This document shows, in pieces, positions 20,269 to 30,299 of a stretch of 41,187 bases of DNA. The notes beneath the pieces are model-generated. The model worked only from the letters and a program-made list of their open reading frames with translations. It searched no databases and was not told the DNA's origin. Both the position numbers and the translations under genes were made by a program. Position 1 is the first letter of the stretch; each line of letters opens with the position of its first letter. The stretch is from an uncultured Planctomycetia bacterium (GTDB lineage Bacteria; Omnitrophota; Gorgyraeia; Kaelpiales; Kaelpiaceae), in contig CAZVIC010000001.1 of assembly GCA_964627735.1 (NCBI GenBank), positions 1 to 41,187 of the forward strand, in the 5' to 3' direction.

Positions 20269-22356
20269 ATGAAAGAGTTGCTTTGGTTGGCTCCGCTTGG
20301 TTCTATTTTAGCGCTTCTATTTTCTACGGTTGTTATAATCTGGATTTTAAGAAAAGACGAAGGAACCGAAAAGATGATCGAGATTGCAAAGGCTGTTCGA
20401 GAAGGAGCAAGAGCTTACCTAAAGAGGCAATATACTACTGTAGCAATATTTTTTATCTTAGCTTTTGTTTTTCTTGTGATGATAGCTAAGCAGGGTTATA
20501 TAGCAGTCTTTGTGCCCTATGCGTTTATAAGTGGAGGATTTTTCTCAGGTCTAGCCGGTTTTATAGGCATGAAAGTAGCAACAAATTCTAGCGCTCGCAC
20601 AGCAAATGCAGCTCGTAAAAGTCTTAATGCTGCCTTAAAAATAGCTTTTTTATCAGGCTCTGTTATGGGTCTTGTTGTTGTTGGATTGGGATTGCTTGAT
20701 CTCTCTATCTGGTATTATATTCTAAACTTTTATTATCGTAATATGGAGACAGGGGCAAGGATATTCAATATCACTTCTACTATGTTGACGTTTGGACTAG
20801 GCGCCAGCTCTATGGCTCTGTTTGCCAGAGTCGGCGGCGGTATATATACTAAGGCTGCTGATGTTGGGGCTGATCTTGTTGGGAAGATTGAAGTAGGAAT
20901 TCCAGAAGATGATCCCAGAAATCCAGCTGTTATTGCAGATAATGTTGGTGATAATGTTGGTGATGTTGCCGGTATGGGAGCAGATTTATATGAATCTTAT
21001 GTAGGTTCAATTGTAGCTACAATGGCTCTTGCTGTTGCAGCTGGATTAGGTGTAGCTGGAGTTACAATACCGATGACAATGGCTGCTTTAGGTGTTTTTG
21101 CTTCAATCGTAGGGATAGTTACCGTAAAAAGTAAAGAGAAGTCTACTCAAGCCGCTCTTCTTTGGGCTTTAAGAAGAAGTACTTTTCTCTCGGCTATTTT
21201 GATTGCAATTTTGGGATATTTTTTGATTACTAGAGTTTTAGGGTTTGAATATATAGGTGTCTATTATTCAGTGATAACAGGACTTTTGGCCGGAATATTA
21301 ATAGGTCTTTCGACTGAATTTTATACTTCACATAGGTATTCCCCAACACGTTCAGTGGCTAAATCTGCTATGACTGGGCCGGCAACTGTTATAATTTCAG
21401 GGCTCTCTGTCGGGATGATGTCTACTTTTATCCCGATAATTACTGTTGCCGTGGCTATACTTTTAAGCTTTTATTTTTCAGGTGGTTTTTCCAGTTTTAA
21501 TCTTGGACTCTATGGTGTTGGAATATCTGCGGTTGGCATGTTGAGTACTCTTGGAATTACTCTGGCAACAGATGCCTATGGCCCTGTTGCTGATAATGCT
21601 GGAGGAAATGCTCAAATGGCTGGTCTTTCGCCTGAAGTTAGAGAGAGAACAGATGCGTTGGACTCACTGGGTAATACTACTGCTGCAACAGGCAAGGGGT
21701 TTGCAATAGGCTCTGCTGCCTTAACTGCTCTGGCTCTTATCGTAGCCTACAAAGAGAGACTCGAGTTTTTAGGTGCTGATTTAGATCTCTCGATATTAAA
21801 TCCTAAAATAATAGTAGGACTATTTATAGGAGGTATGCTACCCTTTCTATTTTCATCTTTGATGATGAGATCTGTTGGCAATACTGCTTCAAAGATAGTT
21901 GTTGAAGTTAGGAGGCAGTTTAAAGAGATAAAAGGATTGATGGAAGGTAAGGCTAAGCCTGATTATGCTCGTTGTGTTAAGATTGTAACTTTAGCATCAC
22001 AGAAACAGATGATATTGCCGGCTGCCATAGCATTGATCTCTCCTGTTTTAGTGGGGATACTGTTTGGAGTCGAAGCTAATATAGGATTACTTATTGCATC
22101 GCTTGTATCCGGATTTGTTCTTGCTGTTATGCTGGCTAATTCTGGAGCCAGTTGGGACAATGCAAAGAAATATGTTGAAGAGGGTAACTTCGGTGGTAAG
22201 GGATCAGATGCTCATAAGGCAGTTGTGGTTGGTGATACAGTAGGAGACCCCTGTAAGGATACAGCTGGGCCGTCTATAAATATTCTTATTAAGATAATGT
22301 CTATGGCTTCTATTGTATTTGCTGCGCTTATTCTTAGCAAAACCTTACTTCCTTGA
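20269..22356 (+). CDS. hppA: membrane-integral, ion-translocating pyrophosphatase (K+-dependent-type signature)
   Basis: 695 aa and polytopic. GGGIYTKAADVGADLVGK, DNVGDNVGDVAGMGADL, GNTTAATGKGFAIGSAAL (Ala rather than Lys in GNTTAA). Confidence 0.95.
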   Translation: MKELLWLAPLGSILALLFSTVVIIWILRKDEGTEKMIEIAKAVREGARAYLKRQYTTVAIFFILAFVFLVMIAKQGYIAVFVPYAFISGGFFSGLAGFIGMKVATNSSARTANAARKSLNAALKIAFLSGSVMGLVVVGLGLLDLSIWYYILNFYYRNMETGARIFNITSTMLTFGLGASSMALFARVGGGIYTKAADVGADLVGKIEVGIPEDDPRNPAVIADNVGDNVGDVAGMGADLYESYVGSIVATMALAVAAGLGVAGVTIPMTMAALGVFASIVGIVTVKSKEKSTQAALLWALRRSTFLSAILIAILGYFLITRVLGFEYIGVYYSVITGLLAGILIGLSTEFYTSHRYSPTRSVAKSAMTGPATVIISGLSVGMMSTFIPIITVAVAILLSFYFSGGFSSFNLGLYGVGISAVGMLSTLGITLATDAYGPVADNAGGNAQMAGLSPEVRERTDALDSLGNTTAATGKGFAIGSAALTALALIVAYKERLEFLGADLDLSILNPKIIVGLFIGGMLPFLFSSLMMRSVGNTASKIVVEVRRQFKEIKGLMEGKAKPDYARCVKIVTLASQKQMILPAAIALISPVLVGILFGVEANIGLLIASLVSGFVLAVMLANSGASWDNAKKYVEEGNFGGKGSDAHKAVVVGDTVGDPCKDTAGPSINILIKIMSMASIVFAALILSKTLLP

Positions 22357-22421
22357 CGGCTAAAAGCAGTAGTGCTAATATTTTAAAGTAATGGTTTTAG
22401 GAAAACATTAGGAGGTGTTAA

Positions 22422-23141
22422 ATGTTTAAAAAAAGTTGGGCTGTTTTATTGGTTGTTAGTTTTTTAGTTTCAGGATGTGCGCTTACTTTCAAGAAAACAC
22501 CGCCAGGTGGGATTGAGAAGGTACAGATCATGAAAAGAGAGTTGCAGCGTTTAAGAATTGAAATCGAAAGATTAAAATCTGAGAAGAACCAAGAGATAAG
22601 AGAGCTAGAGTTAGCAAAAGAGAGCTTAGAGAGTAGGTTCAGCAAGGAGATAGGGGATAGAGACGTTAATCTCTCTTTAGAAGAGAAAGGTTTGGTTTTA
22701 AGATTTGTCGCTGAGATCTTTTTTGACTCTGGCAAAGCTGAACTACGACCTAAGGCATATGCGATGCTTGATAAGGTTGCAATGTTTCTTGAGAAGGATG
22801 TGCCTGATAGAAATATTTCAATAGAAGGTCATACTGACAATGTTCCTATAAAATATTCACCTTGGAAGTCTAATTGGGAGCTTTCTGCAGCAAGAGCATT
22901 AAGTGTGCTGCACTATCTTACAGGTAAAGGAAATTTGGATTCTAATCGTGTGCAGGCTACTGGTTATGGTGAATATAAACCAATTGATTCAAATGAAACC
23001 AAAGAAGATCGACAGAAGAATAGAAGAGTTGAAATAGTCATACTTCCTAAAAAGCTTACCAAGGTTCGAGCTGAATTTTTAGAGGATCTTGGCAAGGCAT
23101 TGGAAGATCGCCAGAGAAGAATCAAAGAGTATGCAAAATAA
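22422..23141 (+). CDS. OmpA/MotB-family peptidoglycan-binding lipoprotein with a coiled-coil linker
   Basis: Lipobox FLVSGC and a coiled-coil segment (LQRLRIEIERLKSEK...). OmpA-like C-terminal domain (FDSGKAELRP...IEGHTDNVP...NWELSAARA...NRRVEIVILP). Confidence 0.8.
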   Translation: MFKKSWAVLLVVSFLVSGCALTFKKTPPGGIEKVQIMKRELQRLRIEIERLKSEKNQEIRELELAKESLESRFSKEIGDRDVNLSLEEKGLVLRFVAEIFFDSGKAELRPKAYAMLDKVAMFLEKDVPDRNISIEGHTDNVPIKYSPWKSNWELSAARALSVLHYLTGKGNLDSNRVQATGYGEYKPIDSNETKEDRQKNRRVEIVILPKKLTKVRAEFLEDLGKALEDRQRRIKEYAK

Positions 23142-23159
23142 TAAAGGAGGGTCTCTTAA

Positions 23160-23531
23160 ATGAGAAAGATTCATATTAGCCTTGTCCTTGTTTTGGTATT
23201 TGTTCTTGTCTGGGCTTTGCTGGAGAGAAAAGAAAGAGTTAAAGTCACAAAGGAGTACAATAGATTAGCTTCAAATTATCATACAACCGTTAAGAATAAT
23301 TCTTATATGGAAGATAAGATTCAAAGTTTTCAGGAAAAACTCGATAGTATTGTCATAAAAAGAGATGAACTATCTGAGGTTAATAAAGCAAAAGAAGAGT
23401 ACATAGATTCGTTGGAGATAAAACTTAAAGAAGCTGTAGGTAGTGTAAATCAACTTAGAGATAAATTGGGCAAATTAGAAGAGTTGTTAATTGGGATTGA
23501 ATACCAAGATGCTTCAAGTGCTCAACGATAA
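23160..23531 (+). CDS. hypothetical membrane-anchored coiled-coil protein
   Basis: N-terminal TM helix (ISLVLVLVFVLVWALL) followed by heptad-like charged sequence. SD AAAGGAGGG. I recognise no family. Confidence 0.5.
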   Translation: MRKIHISLVLVLVFVLVWALLERKERVKVTKEYNRLASNYHTTVKNNSYMEDKIQSFQEKLDSIVIKRDELSEVNKAKEEYIDSLEIKLKEAVGSVNQLRDKLGKLEELLIGIEYQDASSAQR

Positions 23532-23550
23532 AGTTTTCTAATAATTATTC

Positions 23551-24264
23551 ATGATCTCTACTGCCAATACTCCTCAACATATAGCGATTATAATGGATGG
23601 CAACGGTCGCTGGGCTGTTAAGAAGGGTTTTCCTCGTAAATACGGACATAGCAGAGGAGTAAAATCTGTCCATAGAATAATCGATTGCTGTTTGGAGTTA
23701 GGGGTAAAATATCTAACTCTCTATACTTTTTCAACTGAAAATTGGAAGAGACCAAAAAAAGAAGTTGATGCGCTTATGAAGATTTTGGAGGAGAACATAG
23801 ATAAAGATTTAATCAAGCTTACAGGAGAAAAAAATATAAGATTACGTGTTATTGGAGATTGGAAAGCCCTCCCTGGTGAGCTTCCTTCTAAGATAGCCAA
23901 TGCTATTCGCAGAACAGAGGGCTTTGATGGTCTTAATCTTACTTTAGCTATAAATTATGGTGCTAGAGAAGAGATAGTGAATGCTGTAGTTAGAATTGCC
24001 AATGATTTTAAGTCCAATAAAATCAATCTTAAAGATATTGACGAATCTTTAATAAGTAGGTATCTTTATACTTTTGATTTGCCTGACCCTGATCTTTTAA
24101 TTCGTACCGCAGCAGAGTATCGTATCAGTAATTATTTGCTCTGGCAAATGGCTTATACGGAGTTCTATATCACAACAAGACTTTGGCCTGATTTTAGAAA
24201 ATCAGACTTAACAAGAGCTATAGAAAGCTATAAAAAACGCAGGAGAAAATATGGATCTCTTTAA
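23551..24264 (+). CDS. uppS: di-trans,poly-cis-undecaprenyl-diphosphate synthase
   Basis: HIAIIMDGNGRWA, YTFSTENWKRP, RTAAEYRISNYLLWQMAYTEF. Confidence 0.93.
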   Translation: MISTANTPQHIAIIMDGNGRWAVKKGFPRKYGHSRGVKSVHRIIDCCLELGVKYLTLYTFSTENWKRPKKEVDALMKILEENIDKDLIKLTGEKNIRLRVIGDWKALPGELPSKIANAIRRTEGFDGLNLTLAINYGAREEIVNAVVRIANDFKSNKINLKDIDESLISRYLYTFDLPDPDLLIRTAAEYRISNYLLWQMAYTEFYITTRLWPDFRKSDLTRAIESYKKRRRKYGSL

Positions 24265-25072
24265 TAAAAATCTGGTTAAAAGAATTATTAGTAGTTCAGT
24301 AATAATCTTGCTTATATTTTGGATTGTAATATTTTCCAATCTCTTTGTGTACGCTTCTTTAATTATAATACTTGCAACGGTTGCACTTTGGGAGTTTTAT
24401 AGAATTGTTGCAAAAAAATATGGGGATATTTATCCAGGTATCGGTTTTATAATTTCATCTCTTCTTTTTATGTTCTCTTTAAAGAAGAATTTAGGTTTTG
24501 AATATCTTATATATCCACTCTCGTTTGCTTTGATATTGCTATTTCTTTACCAGATGGTAAGAAAGACTAATAAAGATGCAGCTCTATGTTTAGGTCTTAC
24601 TATGCTGGGTTTGATTTACATAACGATACCAGCGATATTTTTAATAAAAATTAGAATGTTCCCAAACGGAGTTGCTTTAGTAGCGTATTATATTTGCGTG
24701 ATCAAAGCAACAGATATAGGCGCCTATTTGGTTGGAGTAAAATTTGGCAAACATCTTTTGATTCCCAGGATAAGTCCTAATAAATCTGTAGAGGGTTTTA
24801 TCGGTGGTATTATATTTGCAATAGCAGCTTCTTATGTGTCCTCTATCTATCTAGGGGTCATATCTTTTTACCATACTCTGGCTATAGGGTTCATTCTGGG
24901 TGTATGCTCTCAGTTTGGAGACCTCTCGGAGTCAGTTCTTAAGCGCGATGCTGACGTCAAAGACTCTGGTAAGACCATCCCTGGATTGGGAGGTGTATTG
25001 GACTTAGTAGACAGCATTTTACTAGCCTTACCATTTTACTATCTGTACGTAGATATGTTTATAATAAAATGA
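24251..25072 (+). CDS. cdsA: phosphatidate cytidylyltransferase
   Basis: Polytopic, with the C-terminal signature SVLKRDADVKDSGKTIPGLGGVLDLVDS. Overlaps uppS by 14 nt. Confidence 0.88.
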   Translation: MDLFNKNLVKRIISSSVIILLIFWIVIFSNLFVYASLIIILATVALWEFYRIVAKKYGDIYPGIGFIISSLLFMFSLKKNLGFEYLIYPLSFALILLFLYQMVRKTNKDAALCLGLTMLGLIYITIPAIFLIKIRMFPNGVALVAYYICVIKATDIGAYLVGVKFGKHLLIPRISPNKSVEGFIGGIIFAIAASYVSSIYLGVISFYHTLAIGFILGVCSQFGDLSESVLKRDADVKDSGKTIPGLGGVLDLVDSILLALPFYYLYVDMFIIK

Positions 25073-26208
25073 AGAAGATTGCTATCTTAGGTTCAACTGG
25101 TAGTGTTGGCAGGCAGACTCTAGATGTGATTGCAAAAAACAGCAATATTTTTGAAGTAGTTGCCCTAGGTGCTGATAAAAACATAACACTCCTTGCTCAA
25201 CAGGCAAAAGATTTTAATGTTAAAAATATTTTTTTAAATCAGGGTGAAAGTTTAACTGGACTACCATTTAATCTTCTTAAATCCCAGAATGATTTTTTAA
25301 ATCTTGTATTAAATCAGAAAGTAGATCTGTTAGTCTTAGCTCTTTCTGGCACAGATGCAGTAGCACCGTTAATATTTGCTTTAGAAAACAATATCAATTT
25401 AGCCATTGCAAATAAAGAAGCTATAATAGCTGTGGGCTCTATTCTTAACAGTATAAGAACAAATAGTAGTTCTGAAATCATACCCTTAGATAGCGAGCAC
25501 AACGCTATATACCAACTTCTCAAGGGAGTCTGTAAGAATGAAATTTCTAAGGTTTTTTTAACTTGTTCAGGGGGTCCGTTTTTAGATTTTTCGGATAAAG
25601 AGTTAGAAGGCGTATCTTTAGAGATGGCCTTGTCTCATCCCAGGTGGGAGATGGGCGATAAGATCACAATAGACTCAGCTACTTTAATGAACAAAGGGTT
25701 TGAGATAATGGAAGCTTGTTATCTGTTTGGACTCTCTCCAAATTCTATAGAAGTAATAATTCATCCAGAAGCAATTATTCATGCTATGATAGAATTTAAA
25801 GATGGAATAATATTTTCTGAGATGGCTTTGCCTGATATGAGAGTATCTATAGCACATGCTTTAGGGTATCCTGCTAGGCTTGATTTAGGCTTGAGGATTG
25901 ATTGGAAGAAGTTAGGTGGGATGAGCTTTAAAGAGGCCCTTAGAGAGAATTATCCTGCTTTAAGGATAGCCTATAACGCATTAGAGAGAGGAGGAAGTTT
26001 ACCGGCTTTTATTGTCAAGGTTGATGAGATTATGGTTAATGAATTTTTGAGCTCCAAAATGGCTTTTAAGGATATAGTATCTTATATTGAAGAAGCTACA
26101 AGGAGACATGATGTTTTTGAGTTAAACTCGATTGAAGATATAGAAAAAGTTTTTAAAGATGCAGAAAGGATATCCACCGATATTATAAAGGAGGTTAGCA
26201 AGAGATGA
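25069..26208 (+). CDS. dxr: 1-deoxy-D-xylulose-5-phosphate reductoisomerase
   Basis: ILGSTGSVGRQTLDV, LANKEAII, PLDSEHNAIYQ, HPRWEMGDKITIDSATLMNKGFE. Confidence 0.93.
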   Translation: MKKIAILGSTGSVGRQTLDVIAKNSNIFEVVALGADKNITLLAQQAKDFNVKNIFLNQGESLTGLPFNLLKSQNDFLNLVLNQKVDLLVLALSGTDAVAPLIFALENNINLAIANKEAIIAVGSILNSIRTNSSSEIIPLDSEHNAIYQLLKGVCKNEISKVFLTCSGGPFLDFSDKELEGVSLEMALSHPRWEMGDKITIDSATLMNKGFEIMEACYLFGLSPNSIEVIIHPEAIIHAMIEFKDGIIFSEMALPDMRVSIAHALGYPARLDLGLRIDWKKLGGMSFKEALRENYPALRIAYNALERGGSLPAFIVKVDEIMVNEFLSSKMAFKDIVSYIEEATRRHDVFELNSIEDIEKVFKDAERISTDIIKEVSKR

Positions 26209-27257
26209 TTTTAGTTATTATTGCTTTTGGTTTTATTGTATTTGTACATGAAGCATCCCATTTTATTATTGCTAAAAGGTTGGGTGTTACTGTTGAGGTT
26301 TTTTCGATTGGATTCGGACCTAAACTGTTCTCTTTTAAAAGTTCTGGAACAGAATATAAAATCTCACTTATTCCTCTTGGGGGGTATGTGAAGATGGCAG
26401 GGGAAGATCCTAGAGGGGAGTTAAAGGGTGATAAGAGTGAATTTCTTTCTCAGCCTCCCGGTAGGAGAAGTTTGATTGTATTAGGCGGTCCTCTTGGTAA
26501 TTATCTTCTGGCTTTCATACTGTTTTTCATACTCTATAGCAGTGGTCTTCCCACAATAGGCACTACTATAGGTGGTTTTAAAGATGGCTATCCTGCTCAG
26601 AGTTCGGGTTTAAAGATAGGTGATAAGATAATTGCTGTTGATGATAATGAGATTGAGAGTTGGGAGGGGTTGATAGCAGAAGTACATCCAAGGCCGAGTC
26701 AGGAGCTTAAAGTGCTCGTAAGGCGTGATCAAGATGAATTTAGCTATTTAGTTAAGACTAAGGATAAAGAGATTTTAGATTTAAATGGTCAGAAAAAGAT
26801 AATTGGATTATTAGGTATATCACCGGATGAACAAGATGTATTTATGCAGAAATACGGCCCCTACAGATCGTTAAGAGAATCTGCAGTTACTATCTTTGAT
26901 ATCTCTGTCAAAACTCTAAGGGCTGTTTTGAATATTGTTCTTGGTAAGCTATCCCTTAAAGATTCGGTTACAGGTCCAGTGGGTATTATTCACATATCAT
27001 CTAAAATGGCCGATATGGGTATGAGCTACCTCCTCTCTTTAATGGCTTTAATAAATGTTAGCCTTGCTATCTTTAACTTATTGCCTATCCCAGTTTTAGA
27101 TGGAGGTCATCTCTTCTTTATTCTGATAGAAAAGATTCGTCGTAAACCTGTCTCTATTGTTGTACAAGAGAGGTTTTCTATGGTAGGGATGAGCTTGCTA
27201 CTACTCCTTTTTATCTATCTGACTTATTTTGACTTAATGCGAGTATTCTTTAAATGA
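26205..27257 (+). CDS. rseP: site-2 (M50) regulated intramembrane protease
   Basis: HEASHFIIAK (HExxH), a PDZ-like segment (GLKIGDKIIAVD), and a C-terminal NLLPIPVLDGGH motif. Confidence 0.9.
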   Translation: MILVIIAFGFIVFVHEASHFIIAKRLGVTVEVFSIGFGPKLFSFKSSGTEYKISLIPLGGYVKMAGEDPRGELKGDKSEFLSQPPGRRSLIVLGGPLGNYLLAFILFFILYSSGLPTIGTTIGGFKDGYPAQSSGLKIGDKIIAVDDNEIESWEGLIAEVHPRPSQELKVLVRRDQDEFSYLVKTKDKEILDLNGQKKIIGLLGISPDEQDVFMQKYGPYRSLRESAVTIFDISVKTLRAVLNIVLGKLSLKDSVTGPVGIIHISSKMADMGMSYLLSLMALINVSLAIFNLLPIPVLDGGHLFFILIEKIRRKPVSIVVQERFSMVGMSLLLLLFIYLTYFDLMRVFFK

Positions 27258-28297
27258 TAAAAAGAAAAATAGTCAATATTGGTAATGTAAAAGTTGGTGG
27301 AGATAATCCTGTTTCTATACAAACTATGATCAAGAAGAGATCTGATCAGTATTCTCAGATAATAGATGAAATAGCCCAATTAAAAGAAGCAGGTTCTGAG
27401 ATTATAAGAATTGCTTATAGAGAAAAAAGCGAGGCAAAGTTTTTAGATAAAATAATTAAAGCAAGCGTATTGCCTGTTGAGGTAGATATTCATTTTGATT
27501 TCAAACTTGCTCTTTCAGCTATTGATTTAGGAGCAGATGCAGTAAGAATAAATCCGGGCAATATCTCAAAAGAAGGGCTGAGAGAGGTCGTATTGTTAGC
27601 CAAGAAAAATAATATTCCAATTCGGGTTGGAATTAATATAGGGTCAGTTCCTGAGAGCTATAGAAGTAAGTATAGCCCTGTTGATTCAATGTTGGAACTT
27701 CTTAAGGAATGTTTAGAGTATATGGAAAGTCTGGATTTTAAGGATATTTTTCTGTCTATTAAAGCTGATACCGTTATGGATACCTATTCAGCTAATTTAA
27801 AAGCAGCTTCTTTATTTGATTATCCATTTCATATCGGCGTTACTGCAACAGGGTCGGGTCTCTCTGCTGTTGTTAAATCTAGCATTGGTATTGGGGCTCT
27901 TCTTATGCAAGGTGTAGGTGATACTATTAGGGTCTCTCTTACTGATTCAACATTCCGTGAGGTTGAAGTTGCAAAAGAGATACTCTCTGCTTTAAGGCTT
28001 CGTAATTTTGGTATTGAAGTTATATCTTGTCCTGGATGTGGCAGATCTCAAATTGATATATTAAATCTAGCTAATAGGGCAAAAGAAGAACTGGGAAAGA
28101 TAAAGACAGAGAAGGTTTTGAAAGTTGCTATTATGGGCTGTGAAGTCAATGGTCCTGGTGAAGCTAAAGAGGCTGATATAGGTGTTGCAGGAGGAATAAA
28201 CTGCGCTATTCTATTTAAAAAAGGAAAACAATTTAAAAGTCTGGATAAAGTAGATCCGATAACTACTTTAATAGAAGAAGTAAAGGAAATGATATGA
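27254..28297 (+). CDS. ispG: 4-hydroxy-3-methylbut-2-enyl-diphosphate synthase
   Basis: IQTMIKK..., RINPGNI, CPGCGRS, IMGCEVNGPGEAKEADIG. Confidence 0.92.
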   Translation: MIKRKIVNIGNVKVGGDNPVSIQTMIKKRSDQYSQIIDEIAQLKEAGSEIIRIAYREKSEAKFLDKIIKASVLPVEVDIHFDFKLALSAIDLGADAVRINPGNISKEGLREVVLLAKKNNIPIRVGINIGSVPESYRSKYSPVDSMLELLKECLEYMESLDFKDIFLSIKADTVMDTYSANLKAASLFDYPFHIGVTATGSGLSAVVKSSIGIGALLMQGVGDTIRVSLTDSTFREVEVAKEILSALRLRNFGIEVISCPGCGRSQIDILNLANRAKEELGKIKTEKVLKVAIMGCEVNGPGEAKEADIGVAGGINCAILFKKGKQFKSLDKVDPITTLIEEVKEMI

Positions 28298-29985
28298 AAT
28301 TTTCAGAAGCTTTTATACCAACAATTAAAGAAGTGCCTAAAGACGCAGAGGCTATATCGCACCAGCTGATGCTTAAGTCTGGAATGATAAGGCGATTAGC
28401 TTCAGGGCTTTATTCTTATCTTCCTCTGGGTTTTAAAACTTTACTTAAAGTTGTAGCTATAGTGAGAGAAGAGATGGATAGAGCTGGAGCTCAGGAGCTA
28501 CTTCTTCCGGCTATACACCCTGAAGAACTTTGGCAGAAGACAGGCAGGCTTTCTACTTTAGGCGAAGATATGATTCAATTTAAAAACAGAGCTGGAAAGA
28601 ATATGATATTAGGACCTACCCACGAAGAGATTGTAACCTGGCTGGTTTCAGGGGAGGTCGAATCTTATAGGCAGTTACCTTTAACGCTTTATCAGATTCA
28701 AACAAAATTTAGAGATGAGCCTAGGCCTAGGTTTGGAGTGATAAGAACCTGTGAGTTTATCATGAAGGATGCATATAGTTTTAATGCAAGCTGGGAGTCT
28801 CTGGATGATAGTTATAAAAAGATGTATCAGGCTTATTGTGATATATTTGAAAGATGCGGGCTTAATTATATTAGTGTTGAAGCAGATCCAGGTGTTATGG
28901 GAGGAGATATCTCTCATGAATTTATGGCTCCTTCTGAATATGGAGAGGATAAAGTCGTATTGTGCTCCGATTGTAACTATGCAGCAAGCTTAGATGTTGC
29001 AAGGAGAATGGAGAATATAGTCAAAGAAGAGGGTAGTCAGAATGGTGTTGTTAAAGAAGTTTATACCCCAGGAGTCAGTTCTGTTGCTGATCTATCTAAA
29101 TTTTTAAAAGTTTCAGCCGATAAACTTTTAAAGACAATAATATATAAGTGTGATACTGGTTTTATTGCTGTTATCGTGAAGGGGGAGAGTGAAGTCAATG
29201 AGATTAAGTTGCGTAAAAATCTTAAATGTAGTGACCTTGGAATGGCAACAGCTTCTGAGATAAAGAGTGAGGCTGGGTCAGAGATAGGGTTTTCAGGGCC
29301 TTTAGGTTTAAAACTAAGGATTATTGCTGATTTTGATGTTAAAGGTCTCTCCGGTGCGATAGCAGGAGCAAACAAAAAAGACTATCATCTGATAAATTTA
29401 TCAGAAGGTAGAGATTTTAAGGTAGCTGAGTTTTGTGACATCAGGAACGTTAGAGAGTCTGACTTGTGCCCCGAATGCGGCAAAGCTTTAAAAATTCAAA
29501 ATGCTATTGAGATAGGGCATGTATTTAAGCTTGGAAATCGATATAGCAAGCCTCTTGATGCACTCTTTGTAGATGATAAAGGGAAGAGCAGTGAAATTAT
29601 TATGGGTTGCTATGGGATAGGCATCAATAGGATAGTAGCCTCTTTTATTGAGCAGAATAACGATGCTAAAGGTATTGTTTGGAAGTCTGCTCTAGCTCCT
29701 TATGAAGTTATTATTATAGCTACAAATGTAGAGGATAAGGAGATACTTCTAAAGTCTGAAGAGATATACCGGTTTCTTAAAGATTCTAATATAGATGTTC
29801 TCTTTGATGATAGACAGATTCGCGCAGGAAATAAATTTAACGATGCAGATTTATTAGGTATTCCATATCAGATAGTAGTAGGTTCTAATTATTTAAAAGA
29901 AGGTAAGTTTGAAATGAGGAAGAGAGGTCAGGAGTTTTTAGTAGAGCTTGAAAAATTGGATCAGATATTGGATAATTTAAGATAG
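28294..29985 (+). CDS. proS: proline--tRNA ligase (bacterial type with editing insertion)
   Basis: LYQIQTKFRDEPRPRFGVIRTCEFIMKDAYSF, GCYGIGINRIV. Its 563-aa length fits the INS-domain form. Confidence 0.95.
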   Translation: MKFSEAFIPTIKEVPKDAEAISHQLMLKSGMIRRLASGLYSYLPLGFKTLLKVVAIVREEMDRAGAQELLLPAIHPEELWQKTGRLSTLGEDMIQFKNRAGKNMILGPTHEEIVTWLVSGEVESYRQLPLTLYQIQTKFRDEPRPRFGVIRTCEFIMKDAYSFNASWESLDDSYKKMYQAYCDIFERCGLNYISVEADPGVMGGDISHEFMAPSEYGEDKVVLCSDCNYAASLDVARRMENIVKEEGSQNGVVKEVYTPGVSSVADLSKFLKVSADKLLKTIIYKCDTGFIAVIVKGESEVNEIKLRKNLKCSDLGMATASEIKSEAGSEIGFSGPLGLKLRIIADFDVKGLSGAIAGANKKDYHLINLSEGRDFKVAEFCDIRNVRESDLCPECGKALKIQNAIEIGHVFKLGNRYSKPLDALFVDDKGKSSEIIMGCYGIGINRIVASFIEQNNDAKGIVWKSALAPYEVIIIATNVEDKEILLKSEEIYRFLKDSNIDVLFDDRQIRAGNKFNDADLLGIPYQIVVGSNYLKEGKFEMRKRGQEFLVELEKLDQILDNLR

Positions 29986-29992
29986 TTAGGTG

Positions 29993-30021
29993 TTGACAGA
30001 TATAGAAAAATCTATTATTAT
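29993..30021 (+). promoter_or_regulatory. sigma70-like promoter TTGACA-17 nt-TATTAT upstream of tRNA-Asp
   Basis: Read directly: TTGACA 29993-29998 and TATTAT 30016-30021. The tRNA starts 22 nt after the -10 box. Confidence 0.45.
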
Positions 30022-30042
30022 TTGCATTCGTACTTCATTTAA

Positions 30043-30118
30043 GGGGACGTCGTCTAGCCTGGCCTAAGACCCCAGACTGTCGATCTGGTGATCGCGGGTT
30101 CGATTCCCGTCGTCCCCG
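30043..30118 (+). tRNA. tRNA-Asp (anticodon GTC), CCA not encoded
   Basis: Manual cloverleaf: acceptor GGGGACG/CGTCCCC, D arm GTCT-AGCCTGGCCTA-AGAC, anticodon arm CCAGA-CTGTCGA-TCTGG, T arm GCGGG-TTCGATT-CCCGT, discriminator G. Confidence 0.93.
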
Positions 30119-30125
30119 TCTTTAA
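30103..30125. repeat. direct repeat copy 1 (ATTCCCGTCGTCCCCGTCTTTAA): last 16 nt of tRNA-Asp plus 7 nt downstream; att-like
   Basis: Identical 23-mer found again at 30838-30860. Confidence 0.9.
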
Positions 30126-30299
30126 AACTTCTAGTTTACCTAATGCCAATAACTTAAGTGTAATTCTGTATTGTATGCGGAGTTACGCTATTTTTGTTAT
30201 ACAAAATACATATTTGTTTTCGTCAATTTTTACACTATACTTAGTGATAGAAAAAGTTTATCCAGCTGAACATTATATGAATATAAATAAGGATGGAAA

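Noticed and set aside
20283-20489. Same-strand alternative-frame ORFs 20283-20489 (inside hppA), 28769-28993 (inside proS) and 31002-31202 (inside the GT-C gene)
   Set aside because: They are embedded out of frame in well-supported genes and have no motifs, so they are probably chance ORFs in AT-rich sequence.
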